From the NCBI GenBank assembly GCA_964426385.1, contig CAYRQF010000002.1:7037-71036 (forward strand): DNA of 64,000 nucleotides, written 5' to 3'. Numbering within the stretch: position 1 is the first letter of the stretch; each line of letters opens with the position of its first letter. Below, in pieces: positions 19,134-29,670 of this stretch. The translations under genes and the position numbers were made by a program. The notes under the pieces are model-generated. The model did no database searches and had not been told where the DNA came from. It saw only the letters and a program-made list of their open reading frames with translations. Source of the DNA: an uncultured Candidatus Saccharibacteria bacterium (GTDB lineage: Bacteria > Patescibacteriota > Minisyncoccia > Phycocordibacterales > CSBR16-119).

Positions 19134-19601
19134 ATGAAAGATAATACTAAAAATAGTAATCGCGGGTTCGTAGCACTCTTTACCGTACTTATCGCTGCGG
19201 TTGTTCTCGCAATGGCGGTAGGTATCGCCAACATATCACTTAAACAGATCATACTGTCCGCTTCCTCGACTGACGCTAACGAGTCGTTTTATGCCGCTGA
19301 CTCTGGTGTAGAGTGCGTACTCTTCCACGATCTGCGGGGCACTACGCCAAACTCTTTTGATGCAAACCAAGCTTTTTCTACTATTGAGTGCGGGGGTATA
19401 AATATCCAAATTGCTCAGGTGGTTCCGGGGTTCTTTTTGGAATTCCAAGTACCATACAACGATAACAAGGCGTGTGCATATGTCACTGTTGAAAAGGATT
19501 TTACTGCCAATACGACACGGGTTATCTCTCGGGGCATTAATGCGACGTGCGGAGAACTGAATCCTCGTTCGACAGAGAGAGTCATCGAAGTCACCTATTA
19601 A
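19134..19601 (+). CDS. minor pilin, PilX-like (no Glu at +5)
   Basis: NRG|FVALFTVLIAAVVLAMAVGI. The four genes are spaced 1-4 bp apart, indicating an operon. Confidence 0.65.
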   Translation: MKDNTKNSNRGFVALFTVLIAAVVLAMAVGIANISLKQIILSASSTDANESFYAADSGVECVLFHDLRGTTPNSFDANQAFSTIECGGINIQIAQVVPGFFLEFQVPYNDNKACAYVTVEKDFTANTTRVISRGINATCGELNPRSTERVIEVTY

Positions 19602-19647
19602 AAGCGACCATTATAGGCTAAAATAGCCTAATAACTTGTCCCGTTAG

Positions 19648-21726
<2,079 letters not shown>

Positions 21727-21751
21727 CCTGGTTACTTGTATACTTAGAGCT

Positions 21752-22027
21752 ATGACTGAACAAGATATCGAAAAACTGGCGGAACTCAGCAAAATCAAGC
21801 TCCCGGAAGGAGAGGCTGTTCGATTTGCCAAGGATTTCGAGTCAATCCTCGGTTATGTGAAGCAGATCGAAGGTGTAGAGCTCGGGGAGGTAAAAAAGTC
21901 TTTTTTCCTCAAGAATATTCTCCGTGCTGATGAGAGCCCGAACGAGACCGGCGCATTGTCGGACGCGCTTCTGTCTGCTGCACCAGCCACCCACGATGGC
22001 TTCGTGAAAGTAAATAAAATACTCTAA
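21752..22027 (+). CDS. gatC: Glu/Asp-tRNA amidotransferase subunit C
   Basis: 91 aa, reading EQDIEKLAELSKIKLPEGE.... Confidence 0.8.
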   Translation: MTEQDIEKLAELSKIKLPEGEAVRFAKDFESILGYVKQIEGVELGEVKKSFFLKNILRADESPNETGALSDALLSAAPATHDGFVKVNKIL

Positions 22028-23439
22028 TGGATTTGAAATCGATGACAATTGAAAAAGCTCAAGCTGGATTCAAATCTGGAGAATTTTCTGCACTTGATTT
22101 AACTCGTGCTTATATCGAAAATATCAAGGCAAAGAACGGGGAACTAAACGCATTTCTTGAGATTTTCACCGATGCAGAAGATCAGGCAAAAGTCGCAGAT
22201 GAGATGATCTCTCGAGGTGATATCAAAGCTCTGACGGGAATCCCTATCGCACTCAAAGACAATATTTTGTTCGAGGGTCATATCGCGAGCGGGGGATCAA
22301 AAATCCTAGAGAACTACAAAGCTGTGTATGATTCGACCGTTGTGAAGGATCTCAGGGCGCAAGGCGCAGTTATCATAGGTCGGACGAACATGGATGAATT
22401 CGCTATGGGTTCATCAACAGAGACGTCGGCATATGGCATGACAAAGAATCCCGTAGACATAACAAGAGTTGCCGGAGGGTCGTCAGGAGGCGCAGCGGCA
22501 GCGGTCGCAGGCGACATGGCCATAGTCTCACTCGGGTCTGACACTGGCGGATCTATCCGTCAGCCAGCAGCATTCTGTGGAGTGGTGGGTCTCAAGCCTA
22601 CATATGGAACCATATCTCGTCATGGACTCATGGCTATGGGCTCGTCTCTAGATATCATTGGTCCGATTACGAATTCTGTTGCAGACGCCGAAATAGTATT
22701 TGGCGCACTCGCTCATCATGACTCAATGGATGCAACAAGTTTCCCGACGAGCGAAAGGAAGTGTTCAAAGACTGAAGTCAAAAAAATCGGTGTTCCAAGG
22801 AGATTTCTGTCTGGCGAAGGAATAGATAGTGAAACTATGGCGAACTTCGATAAATCTCTCGAGAGATTGAGAGCACTCGGATATTCTGTGGTCGATGTAG
22901 ATGTGCCATTTATGGAGTACTCTCTAGCCGTCTACTATATCCTCATGCCGGCTGAAGTCTCAACCAATCTGGCGCGCTTTGATGGTATTCGTTATGGACT
23001 ATCTCTCCCGGGAGAAAACACTAATGAGGCTTACAAGAACACGAAAACCGCAGGTTTCGGTGCAGAAACAAAGCGACGTCTTCTTCTCGGAGCATATGTC
23101 CTATCTCATGGATACTATGACGCGTACTATAACAAAGCTGTGAAGCTACGTGCTAAAATCACCGAGGAGATGCAGAAAGTTTTTGAAACCGTAGACTTGC
23201 TCGTAACGCCTACATGCCCAACTCCTGCGTTCAGGCCTGGGGAGAAGAAAGATCCTGTTTCGATGTATCTATCTGATATATTCACTGTACCAGCAAATAT
23301 TTCCGGCGTTCCTGCGATATCTGTGCCTAGTGGAAAGAATTCCGAAGGTTTGCCACTCGATATACAATTCGTAGCACCGCATTTTGGCGAATCACTTCTG
23401 TTCGAAGTAGGTAAGAAGTACGAAGGAAGTACGAAGTAA
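22027..23439 (+). CDS. gatA: Glu/Asp-tRNA amidotransferase subunit A (amidase signature)
   Basis: GGSSGGAAAAVA amidase-signature motif and a Ser-cisSer-Lys triad region. Confidence 0.9.
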   Translation: MDLKSMTIEKAQAGFKSGEFSALDLTRAYIENIKAKNGELNAFLEIFTDAEDQAKVADEMISRGDIKALTGIPIALKDNILFEGHIASGGSKILENYKAVYDSTVVKDLRAQGAVIIGRTNMDEFAMGSSTETSAYGMTKNPVDITRVAGGSSGGAAAAVAGDMAIVSLGSDTGGSIRQPAAFCGVVGLKPTYGTISRHGLMAMGSSLDIIGPITNSVADAEIVFGALAHHDSMDATSFPTSERKCSKTEVKKIGVPRRFLSGEGIDSETMANFDKSLERLRALGYSVVDVDVPFMEYSLAVYYILMPAEVSTNLARFDGIRYGLSLPGENTNEAYKNTKTAGFGAETKRRLLLGAYVLSHGYYDAYYNKAVKLRAKITEEMQKVFETVDLLVTPTCPTPAFRPGEKKDPVSMYLSDIFTVPANISGVPAISVPSGKNSEGLPLDIQFVAPHFGESLLFEVGKKYEGSTK

Positions 23440-23443
23440 CATT

Positions 23444-24001
23444 ATGCTCAATCTAGAATTTATATTTTTAAAGATTTACCAATTTTTCACTAACGGACTC
23501 AATCCGGATACCGTTGGGAATTCTGGTTTTGTGAGCTTTATAGTTTTTGTGCTCTCTCTCATTTCTGTTATTTGCATAAGTATCATTATCTATACTTGGA
23601 TGAGACTCGAAGAGAGAAAAAAGCTCGACAAACAGGAGTTCCATGAATCAGTACATGCGGTCAAGGCAAAAGACGAAGAAAAGAAAGACAATAAACAATG
23701 GCAGAAAATAATTGAGCATATCAATTCAGCGAACCCTTCTGATTGGAGACTCGCTATTATGGAAAGTGATAGTATGCTTGAAGCTTTGACGTTTGATATC
23801 GGATTGGTGGGGGTAACACTCGGCGAGAGACTGAAGAATGCTAATGTGAATCATTTCAAGACGCTTAGCAACGCTTGGGATGCTCATAAGCTCCGCAACA
23901 AAATAGCGCACGTAGGACTCGCACACGATCTCCCATATCGCGACGCCAAGAAGGCCATCGAACAATACGAAAGCGTATTTTTAGAGTTCGGGGTTATATA
24001 A
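23444..24001 (+). CDS. hypothetical N-terminally membrane-anchored protein with a C-terminal helical domain carrying an Rx4H (HEPN/DUF4145-like) motif
   Basis: TM helix at residues 25-50. The C-terminus reads ...AWDAHKLRNKIAHVGLAHD.... Confidence 0.5.
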   Translation: MLNLEFIFLKIYQFFTNGLNPDTVGNSGFVSFIVFVLSLISVICISIIIYTWMRLEERKKLDKQEFHESVHAVKAKDEEKKDNKQWQKIIEHINSANPSDWRLAIMESDSMLEALTFDIGLVGVTLGERLKNANVNHFKTLSNAWDAHKLRNKIAHVGLAHDLPYRDAKKAIEQYESVFLEFGVI

Positions 24002-24074
24002 GGGTTGCTAAAATAAGTTTTTTGGATATAATCAAAGCTACTTTATAGAATCTATTGATTCTCACGAGTTTTAT

Positions 24075-24145
24075 AGCGGGGTGGAGTAGTGGTAACTCAT
24101 CAGGCTCATAACCTGAGGACGGCCGTTCGAGTCGGCCCCCCGCAA
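24075..24145 (+). tRNA. tRNA-Met (anticodon CAT), initiator-like (A11:U24; unpaired 1:72; anticodon stem UCAGG/CCUGA)
   Basis: Cloverleaf folded by hand: D-stem GAGT/ACTC, anticodon loop CTCATAA, T-loop TTCGAGT. Confidence 0.75.
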
Positions 24146-24320
24146 CAATTATAATTTTCAGACTCGGTCATCGCGCTTTTCCTCGGGACTCCTCCTCACC
24201 CGTCAGATTCCTGTCGCGCGACGACATAGGAATCTGCCTCCTTCGGAGCCGGCCGCCCTCGCTTTATCGCTACGCGCGCTCGGGTCAGCTTCGAGTCCCG
24301 CTTGCTTGCCTCCAGCAAGC

Positions 24321-24349
24321 AAAAGAGCATGGAAAATCCATGCTCTTTT
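24321..24349. terminator. bidirectional hairpin (AAAAGAGCATGGA/TCCATGCTCTTTT) lying between convergent tRNA genes
   Basis: Perfect 13-bp inverted repeat flanked by A-runs and T-runs on both sides. Confidence 0.5.
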
Positions 24350-24356
24350 GCTCGTG

Positions 24357-24430
24357 CGCGAGCGGCGGGACTCGAACCCGCAACCTCTCCCGTGACAGGG
24401 GAGTGCTCTAACCAGTTGAGCTACGCCCGC
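24357..24430 (-). tRNA. tRNA-Asp (anticodon GTC)
   Basis: Reverse complement folds as GCGGGCG TA GCTC..GAGC A CTCCC CTGTCAC GGGAG .. GCGGG TTCGAGT CCCGC CGCTCGC G. Confidence 0.85.
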
Positions 24431-24477
24431 ACTAACAATGGCGAAAGTCTAGCATAGAATACCTTGTTCGCCAATGG

Positions 24478-24551
24478 TGTCGGGGGAGAGAATCGAACTC
24501 TCGACCTTAGCGTTATGAGTGCTACGCTCTAACCGTCTGAGCTACCCCGAC
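24478..24551 (-). tRNA. tRNA with a CAT anticodon (elongator Met or Ile2-lysidine type), with an A31.C39 mismatch
   Basis: Reverse complement folds as GTCGGGG TA GCTC AGACGGTTA GAGC G TAGCA CTCATAA CGCTA AGGTC GAGAG TTCGATT CTCTC CCCCGAC A. Confidence 0.75.
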
Positions 24552-24662
24552 ATGAGCCACGTTTGACGTGACAATGACTCAAAATTATCACATAAATGCT
24601 TATTTTCCAATACTCCCGAAACCTTTGAAAAAAAGCCCCAATAGTTTAATATCTTCTGATAC

Positions 24663-24738
24663 GCCGTTGTAGCTCAATCGGCAGAGCACTCCATTGGTAA
24701 TGGGGAGGTAATGAGTTCGAAACTCATCAACGGCTCCA
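24663..24738 (+). tRNA. tRNA-Thr (anticodon GGT), with CCA encoded
   Basis: GCCGTTG TA GCTC AATCGGC AGAGC A CTCCA TTGGTAA TGGGG AGGTA ATGAG TTCGAAA CTCAT CAACGGC T CCA. Confidence 0.9.
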
Positions 24739-24756
24739 GCGTATAATTATGAGGAA

Positions 24757-24822
24757 CCGCCATCCTAGCTCAGTTGGTACCCGCCAGAACGACTGAGATC
24801 GTTCAGTCGGGCGGGGAGCAAG
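24757..24822 (+). other. tRNA-like 5' fragment (acceptor plus D-arm GCCATCC TA GCTC AGTTGGTA) interrupted by a strong nested hairpin (CCCGCC..GAACGA..TCGTTC..GGCGGG)
   Basis: The D-arm consensus is seen, but no closing GAGC, anticodon arm or matching 3' acceptor strand could be folded. Confidence 0.3.
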
Positions 24823-24825
24823 CAA

Positions 24826-24896
24826 GCCGATATAGTTCAGTGGTAGAACATTACTTTCGTAAAGTAAAGACGCGGGTCCGATTCCCGCCTTCGGCT
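24826..24896 (+). tRNA. tRNA-Thr-like (anticodon CGT) with non-canonical features (6:67 U.U and 7:66 A.C; T-loop UCCGAUU)
   Basis: GCCGATA TA GTTC AGTGGTA GAAC A TTACT TTCGTAA AGTAA AGAC GCGGG TCCGATT CCCGC CTTCGGC T. The 3' end abuts the prfB ATG. Confidence 0.5.
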
Positions 24897-24900
24897 CACC

Positions 24901-25782
24901 ATGAAAGACAAATCACTTATCGAAAAAAGGATTGCTGAGATAGAGACTGCTATGAATGCGGCGGACTTTTGGTCCGATAAAACGACTGCTCAGGCCATGA
25001 TCCGCGAGATGCAGGAGCTCCGGGATTCTGTGCAAGGTTTCGGCAAGTACGACAAGAAGTCTGCACTGTTTACGATATTTTCGGGGGCGGGTGGGGACGA
25101 CGCGGAGGATTTTACTCGCATGCTTTTCTTGATGTATATGAAGTATGCCGGGAATAATGGTTACGAGCTTCGTATTATCGACGAGACATCTGCAGACTCT
25201 GGTGGCTACCGCTCCATATCTTTTGAGATAGTGGGCAAGGGTGCATATGGGAAACTCAAGAACGAGTCCGGGGTACACCGCCTGGTACGTATCTCACCTT
25301 TCAACGCGAATTCCAAACGTCAAACATCATTTTCTATGGTCGAGGTGATACCTGTCCTAGACAAGTCAGACGAGGTGCGCATAAATCCAGATGATCTCGA
25401 CATGTCATTTTCCCGTTCCGGTGGCGCTGGCGGACAAAACGTGAATAAACGTGATACCGCGGTTAGGATCACACATCGTCCGACCGGTATAACAGCGCAT
25501 GCCTCGAGTGAGCGTAGTCAGGAGGCTAACAGGGACAAAGCCATGGAAGTCGTTCGTGGAAAAATCATCAAGAAGCTCGAAGAAGAGCACAAAGACACGG
25601 TTGATGATTTGTCGGTCTCAAAAACGACTGAGAACGAGTGGGGTAGTCAGATCCGTTCATACGTTTTGCATCCATATCAACTCATCAAGGATCATCGGAC
25701 GGATGTTGAAGTGCGAGACGTTGACAAGGTCTTGAAAAATGGCGAAATCGATGAATTCCTGGAGGCAGAGAAGGAAATCTAG
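24901..25782 (+). CDS. prfB: peptide chain release factor 2, N-terminally short; no programmed frameshift site found
   Basis: SPF tripeptide ([15 protein letters not shown]) and GGQ ([11 protein letters not shown]); 293 aa. Confidence 0.85.
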   Translation: MKDKSLIEKRIAEIETAMNAADFWSDKTTAQAMIREMQELRDSVQGFGKYDKKSALFTIFSGAGGDDAEDFTRMLFLMYMKYAGNNGYELRIIDETSADSGGYRSISFEIVGKGAYGKLKNESGVHRLVRISPFNANSKRQTSFSMVEVIPVLDKSDEVRINPDDLDMSFSRSGGAGGQNVNKRDTAVRITHRPTGITAHASSERSQEANRDKAMEVVRGKIIKKLEEEHKDTVDDLSVSKTTENEWGSQIRSYVLHPYQLIKDHRTDVEVRDVDKVLKNGEIDEFLEAEKEI

Positions 25783-25842
25783 GGAAAATTTAGAAAATTT
25801 TGTTATACTTGTTATGTTTTTAATCAGCGCATTTTTATATTC

Positions 25843-26526
25843 ATGATACGTTTTGAAGGTGTTACAAAATTCTATAAGGAGGCTAGGAACCCTTCGATTG
25901 TCGAGATGGATCTCGAGATCAAAGATGGCGAGTTCATTTCCATCGTCGGACATTCCGGGGCTGGCAAGACTACTTTTACTAGGTTACTCCTGTGCGAAGA
26001 GGCTCCGTCAGAGGGCAAAGTGTTCTTCGGCGATGTCGATATACACAAACTCCGAGGCAAGAAACTCACCAAGTACCGACGAGGTATCGGTACGGTATTT
26101 CAGGACTTCCGACTGCTCCCGTACAAAACCGCATATGAGAACATCGCCTTCGCCATGGAGTCTGCAGGCAAGACTGATGAAGAGATAGCGAACGATGTCC
26201 CTCACGTTCTAGAGCTCGTTGATCTAACAGATCGCGCGCATCATTTTCCACGCCAGCTTTCTGGTGGAGAGAAACAACGCCTGTCCATCGCTCGTGCCAT
26301 CATCAACAACCCTGACGTCGTTATCGCCGATGAGCCGACAGGGAACCTCGATCCAGTGAATACATACGAAGTCATCCAGATTTTGAAGAAAATCAACGAC
26401 CTCGGAACTACCGTTATCCTGACCACTCACAACAAAGGCGTTATCGACTCGATCAAGAAGCGAGTGGTTAGTCTCGAAGACGGGCGCATTATTCGAGACG
26501 AAGCGCATGGTAAATATATAGTATAA
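25843..26526 (+). CDS. ftsE: cell-division ABC ATPase FtsE
   Basis: Walker [13 protein letters not shown] signature LSGGEKQR and Walker B. An ftsX-like partner gene follows. Confidence 0.85.
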   Translation: MIRFEGVTKFYKEARNPSIVEMDLEIKDGEFISIVGHSGAGKTTFTRLLLCEEAPSEGKVFFGDVDIHKLRGKKLTKYRRGIGTVFQDFRLLPYKTAYENIAFAMESAGKTDEEIANDVPHVLELVDLTDRAHHFPRQLSGGEKQRLSIARAIINNPDVVIADEPTGNLDPVNTYEVIQILKKINDLGTTVILTTHNKGVIDSIKKRVVSLEDGRIIRDEAHGKYIV

Positions 26527-26532
26527 AAATAT

Positions 26533-27456
26533 ATGAAAATTTTAGACCTACGGAGAATAATCAAATCAGGTTTCATAAACTTCAAACGATCAAGCTTCGT
26601 TTCGTTGTCGTCGGTGCTAGTCATGACTATCACACTATCTGTCGTAACCATGATTATCTTCTCCCAGGCTATACTGAACTTCTCACTGGCCTCCCTCGAG
26701 GACAAAGTCGACATTACAGTCTATTTCACTCAGAACGCTCAGGAGTCCGAGATACTTGTCTTGAAGGAATCCATCGAGAAATTACCAGAGGTTGCAAGAG
26801 TAGACTATGTTTCCGCTGCTCAAGCGCTCGACAACTTCAAGGAACGCCACGCTAACGACTACCTTACCCTCCAAGCACTAGAAGAGCTCGATGAGAATCC
26901 TCTCGGCGCAACCCTAAACATCCAGGCTATCGACACCACCCAATACGAGTCTATATCGAATTTCCTCGAGAGTGATAGCGCTCTCGACTCGGGTAGTTCT
27001 GTCATCATAGACAAGATAAACTACGCTCAGAACAAGCTTGTAATAGACAGACTCATATCTATCAGCGAGGGAGCGAAACGTCTCGGCATTGCACTCACCA
27101 TAGTTCTGATGGCTATATCGCTCATCATTACTTTCAACACCATCCGCCTCGTTATCTACATCGCACGTGAGGAGATCGCAGTTATGAGACTTGTCGGCGC
27201 AGAGAACCACTACATCCGTGGACCCTTCCTCGTCGAAGGTGTGCTTTATGGACTTATATCAGCAGTCATCACGATGATTATCTTCTACCCGATGACTTTG
27301 TGGGTCGGAGCTAATATGACGAGTTTCCTCGGTATCAACCTCCACACTTACTACATTGCGAACTTCTTCCAGCTATTTGTTATCACGGGAGTGTTCGGTA
27401 TGATACTAGGCATCGTGTCGAGTTATCTAGCTGTTAGGGCGTATTTGAAGAGATAG
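26533..27456 (+). CDS. ftsX: FtsX-like permease
   Basis: N-terminal TM helix, a large extracytoplasmic loop and three C-terminal TM helices, 7 bp after ftsE. Confidence 0.8.
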   Translation: MKILDLRRIIKSGFINFKRSSFVSLSSVLVMTITLSVVTMIIFSQAILNFSLASLEDKVDITVYFTQNAQESEILVLKESIEKLPEVARVDYVSAAQALDNFKERHANDYLTLQALEELDENPLGATLNIQAIDTTQYESISNFLESDSALDSGSSVIIDKINYAQNKLVIDRLISISEGAKRLGIALTIVLMAISLIITFNTIRLVIYIAREEIAVMRLVGAENHYIRGPFLVEGVLYGLISAVITMIIFYPMTLWVGANMTSFLGINLHTYYIANFFQLFVITGVFGMILGIVSSYLAVRAYLKR

Positions 27457-27474
27457 ACCTGTCATACTATTCGG

Positions 27475-29127
27475 ATGAAAAAACCAAAAGATACTAAGTA
27501 CATATTCGTAGTAGGGGGCGTCATGTCAGGCGTCGGCAAGGGGGTCACAACATCGTCCATCGGTACCATCATCCAGTCCAAGGGTTATAGGGTCAGCCTC
27601 ATAAAGGCCGACCCTTACTTGAACGTAGATGCCGGCACGATGAATCCGACAGAGCACGGTGAAGTTTTCGTTCTAGACTCCGGACTCGAGACTGATCAGG
27701 ATATGGGTAACTACGAACGATTCCTGAACAAATCTCTACCGAAACAGAACTACATGACGAATGGTATGGTTTTCAAGTACGTTATCGACAAAGAGCGTGC
27801 TCTCGGGTATAAGGGCAAGTGCGTCGAGCCGACGTACCACATCACCGAGGAGATACTTCGCCGCATAGAGGATAGTGCCGAAGTCGAAAATGCTGAGTTT
27901 GTCATCGTCGAGATCGGTGGAACTATCGGCGAATACCAGAACGCTATCTTCCTCGAGGCCGCCAGACAGCTACGTCTGAAGAATCCTTCGAGCGTCATGT
28001 TCGTCATGGTCTCATATCTACCAACCCCGACATCTATCGGCGAGATGAAGACCAAGCCGACCCAGAATGCCGTTTCTCAGATGAACAGCTATGGAGTACA
28101 TCCAAATATCATCATCGCTCGCGCGGACATGCCTGTAGACAAGAAACGCAAAGAGAAAATCGCCAACATGTCAGGGCTAATGTCTGCCGATGATGTCATT
28201 TCAGCACCAAACGTTAGCAATATCTACGATGTGCCGGTGAACTTCGAGAAGGATGGATTGTCAGACCGCATCATGAATCATTTCGGCATCAAGCCAAAGA
28301 AGAAGGACCTCTCCGAGTGGCGTGGATTCTTATCCAAGATGAATAACCCGAAGGGTGTTGTGAAGATTGCTGTCGTTGGCAAATATTTTGACTCAGGAGA
28401 CTTCATCCTTTCTGATGCCTACATATCCGTTATCGAGGCGCTCAAGATTTCCGGTGCATGGCAGGGCGTCAAAACAGAGCTCACTTGGCTCGACTCGAAG
28501 AAATTTGAGACTGGAGGCAAGAAATTCCTAAACACCCTGAGTAAATACGACGGCATCCTGGTGCCGGGCGGATTCGGCGAGACTGGGGTAGAGGGCAAGA
28601 TAAAGGTCATAGAATACGCCCGCCTGAACAAGATCCCTTATTTCGGTATATGTTATGGCATGCAACTCATGGTGGTAGAGTACGCTAGGAACATTCTCGG
28701 ACTCACCGAGGCGAACACTGTCGAGATCAATCCAAAGACGACGAATCCTATCATCGACATCATGCCTGACCAGAAGCAGAAGCTTGAGATCAGGAACTTC
28801 GGAGGCTCGATGAGACTCGGTACATATCCGGCTGTCGTGTCGAAGAAAACTATCGCTCACGAAGCATACAAATCTACTAAAATCGACGAACGCCACCGTC
28901 ATCGATACGAGGTCAATCCGGCGTACGTCGAGATGCTCGAGAATGCTGGACTAGTATTTTCTGCCAAATCTCCGAACGGCGTTCTGATGGAGATAGCCGA
29001 GCTTCCGCGCTCTGTTCATCCATTCATGCTCGGTACACAGTTCCACCCAGAATTCCTCGCACGTCCGCTTTCGCCACATCCACTTTTCACAGAGTTTGTT
29101 AAAGCATGTATTATAAAAAATAAGTGA
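27475..29127 (+). CDS. pyrG: CTP synthase
   Basis: N-terminal synthase domain (YIFVVGGVMSGVGKG) and a C-terminal class I GATase (GICYGMQ); 550 aa. Confidence 0.95.
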   Translation: MKKPKDTKYIFVVGGVMSGVGKGVTTSSIGTIIQSKGYRVSLIKADPYLNVDAGTMNPTEHGEVFVLDSGLETDQDMGNYERFLNKSLPKQNYMTNGMVFKYVIDKERALGYKGKCVEPTYHITEEILRRIEDSAEVENAEFVIVEIGGTIGEYQNAIFLEAARQLRLKNPSSVMFVMVSYLPTPTSIGEMKTKPTQNAVSQMNSYGVHPNIIIARADMPVDKKRKEKIANMSGLMSADDVISAPNVSNIYDVPVNFEKDGLSDRIMNHFGIKPKKKDLSEWRGFLSKMNNPKGVVKIAVVGKYFDSGDFILSDAYISVIEALKISGAWQGVKTELTWLDSKKFETGGKKFLNTLSKYDGILVPGGFGETGVEGKIKVIEYARLNKIPYFGICYGMQLMVVEYARNILGLTEANTVEINPKTTNPIIDIMPDQKQKLEIRNFGGSMRLGTYPAVVSKKTIAHEAYKSTKIDERHRHRYEVNPAYVEMLENAGLVFSAKSPNGVLMEIAELPRSVHPFMLGTQFHPEFLARPLSPHPLFTEFVKACIIKNK

Positions 29128-29137
29128 AAACATACAT

Positions 29138-29665
29138 ATGAACTTTTTTAAATTCGAGGGTAAACAAAAGGGGGCTAGTGAGAACGAAAAGCGTAAGCAA
29201 CTTACCGTCGAGATTTTTGAGCTAGTAAAAGATTTGGACTATTTGAACAAGGATTCAGTTGAAAGTCTTGGTGAGGCTAATCAGTTTGGCACGTTACCTT
29301 CTTCTGAAGAGCTTCAAGGACTTAAAAATTTAATAGAAGGGTCAAAAAAGGAAGAATTACCCGAGGTCCTAGATAACTGGTTAATCGATCACGAAAGTCT
29401 GATATTAATGATGATGCCTGGGGAAGCAAGTAATGATGATGAGTCGGAAGCCATAATCAATGACTACAAAGAAAAAATGAGGCGGGCAAAAAGCGTCGTT
29501 GGCGGATGGTTTCAAAAGGATAAACTAGATCTTCTATATTCGGATACAGGTGGGGGTGCGGCTTTTGATGAAAAAATTACTGAGCTTGAGGCGTCACTTA
29601 ATGGTCTATCTCCAGAAGATAAATCTATCGTACTCCATAAATTTATTGAAGATCTGAGAGGGTAA
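29138..29665 (+). CDS. hypothetical acidic protein (175 aa)
   Basis: Long ORF with no recognisable motif. Confidence 0.5.
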   Translation: MNFFKFEGKQKGASENEKRKQLTVEIFELVKDLDYLNKDSVESLGEANQFGTLPSSEELQGLKNLIEGSKKEELPEVLDNWLIDHESLILMMMPGEASNDDESEAIINDYKEKMRRAKSVVGGWFQKDKLDLLYSDTGGGAAFDEKITELEASLNGLSPEDKSIVLHKFIEDLRG

Positions 29666-29670
29666 ATAAA

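Noticed and set aside
24150-24356. GC-rich spacer considered as tmRNA, SRP RNA or RNase P RNA
   Set aside because: It is too short for tmRNA or RNase P, and I did not find the SRP domain IV GGAA/AGCAG core or a tmRNA tRNA-like 3' end (..TTCGA.TCC..CCACCA). It is kept only as an unclassified structured-RNA candidate.
24901-25782. Expected programmed +1 frameshift of prfB
   Set aside because: The region upstream of the ATG is occupied by tRNA genes. No in-frame leader or CTT-TGA-C site exists there, so no frameshift is called.
26224-26714. Minus-strand ORFs overlapping ftsE and ftsX
   Set aside because: They are antisense to two motif-supported genes.
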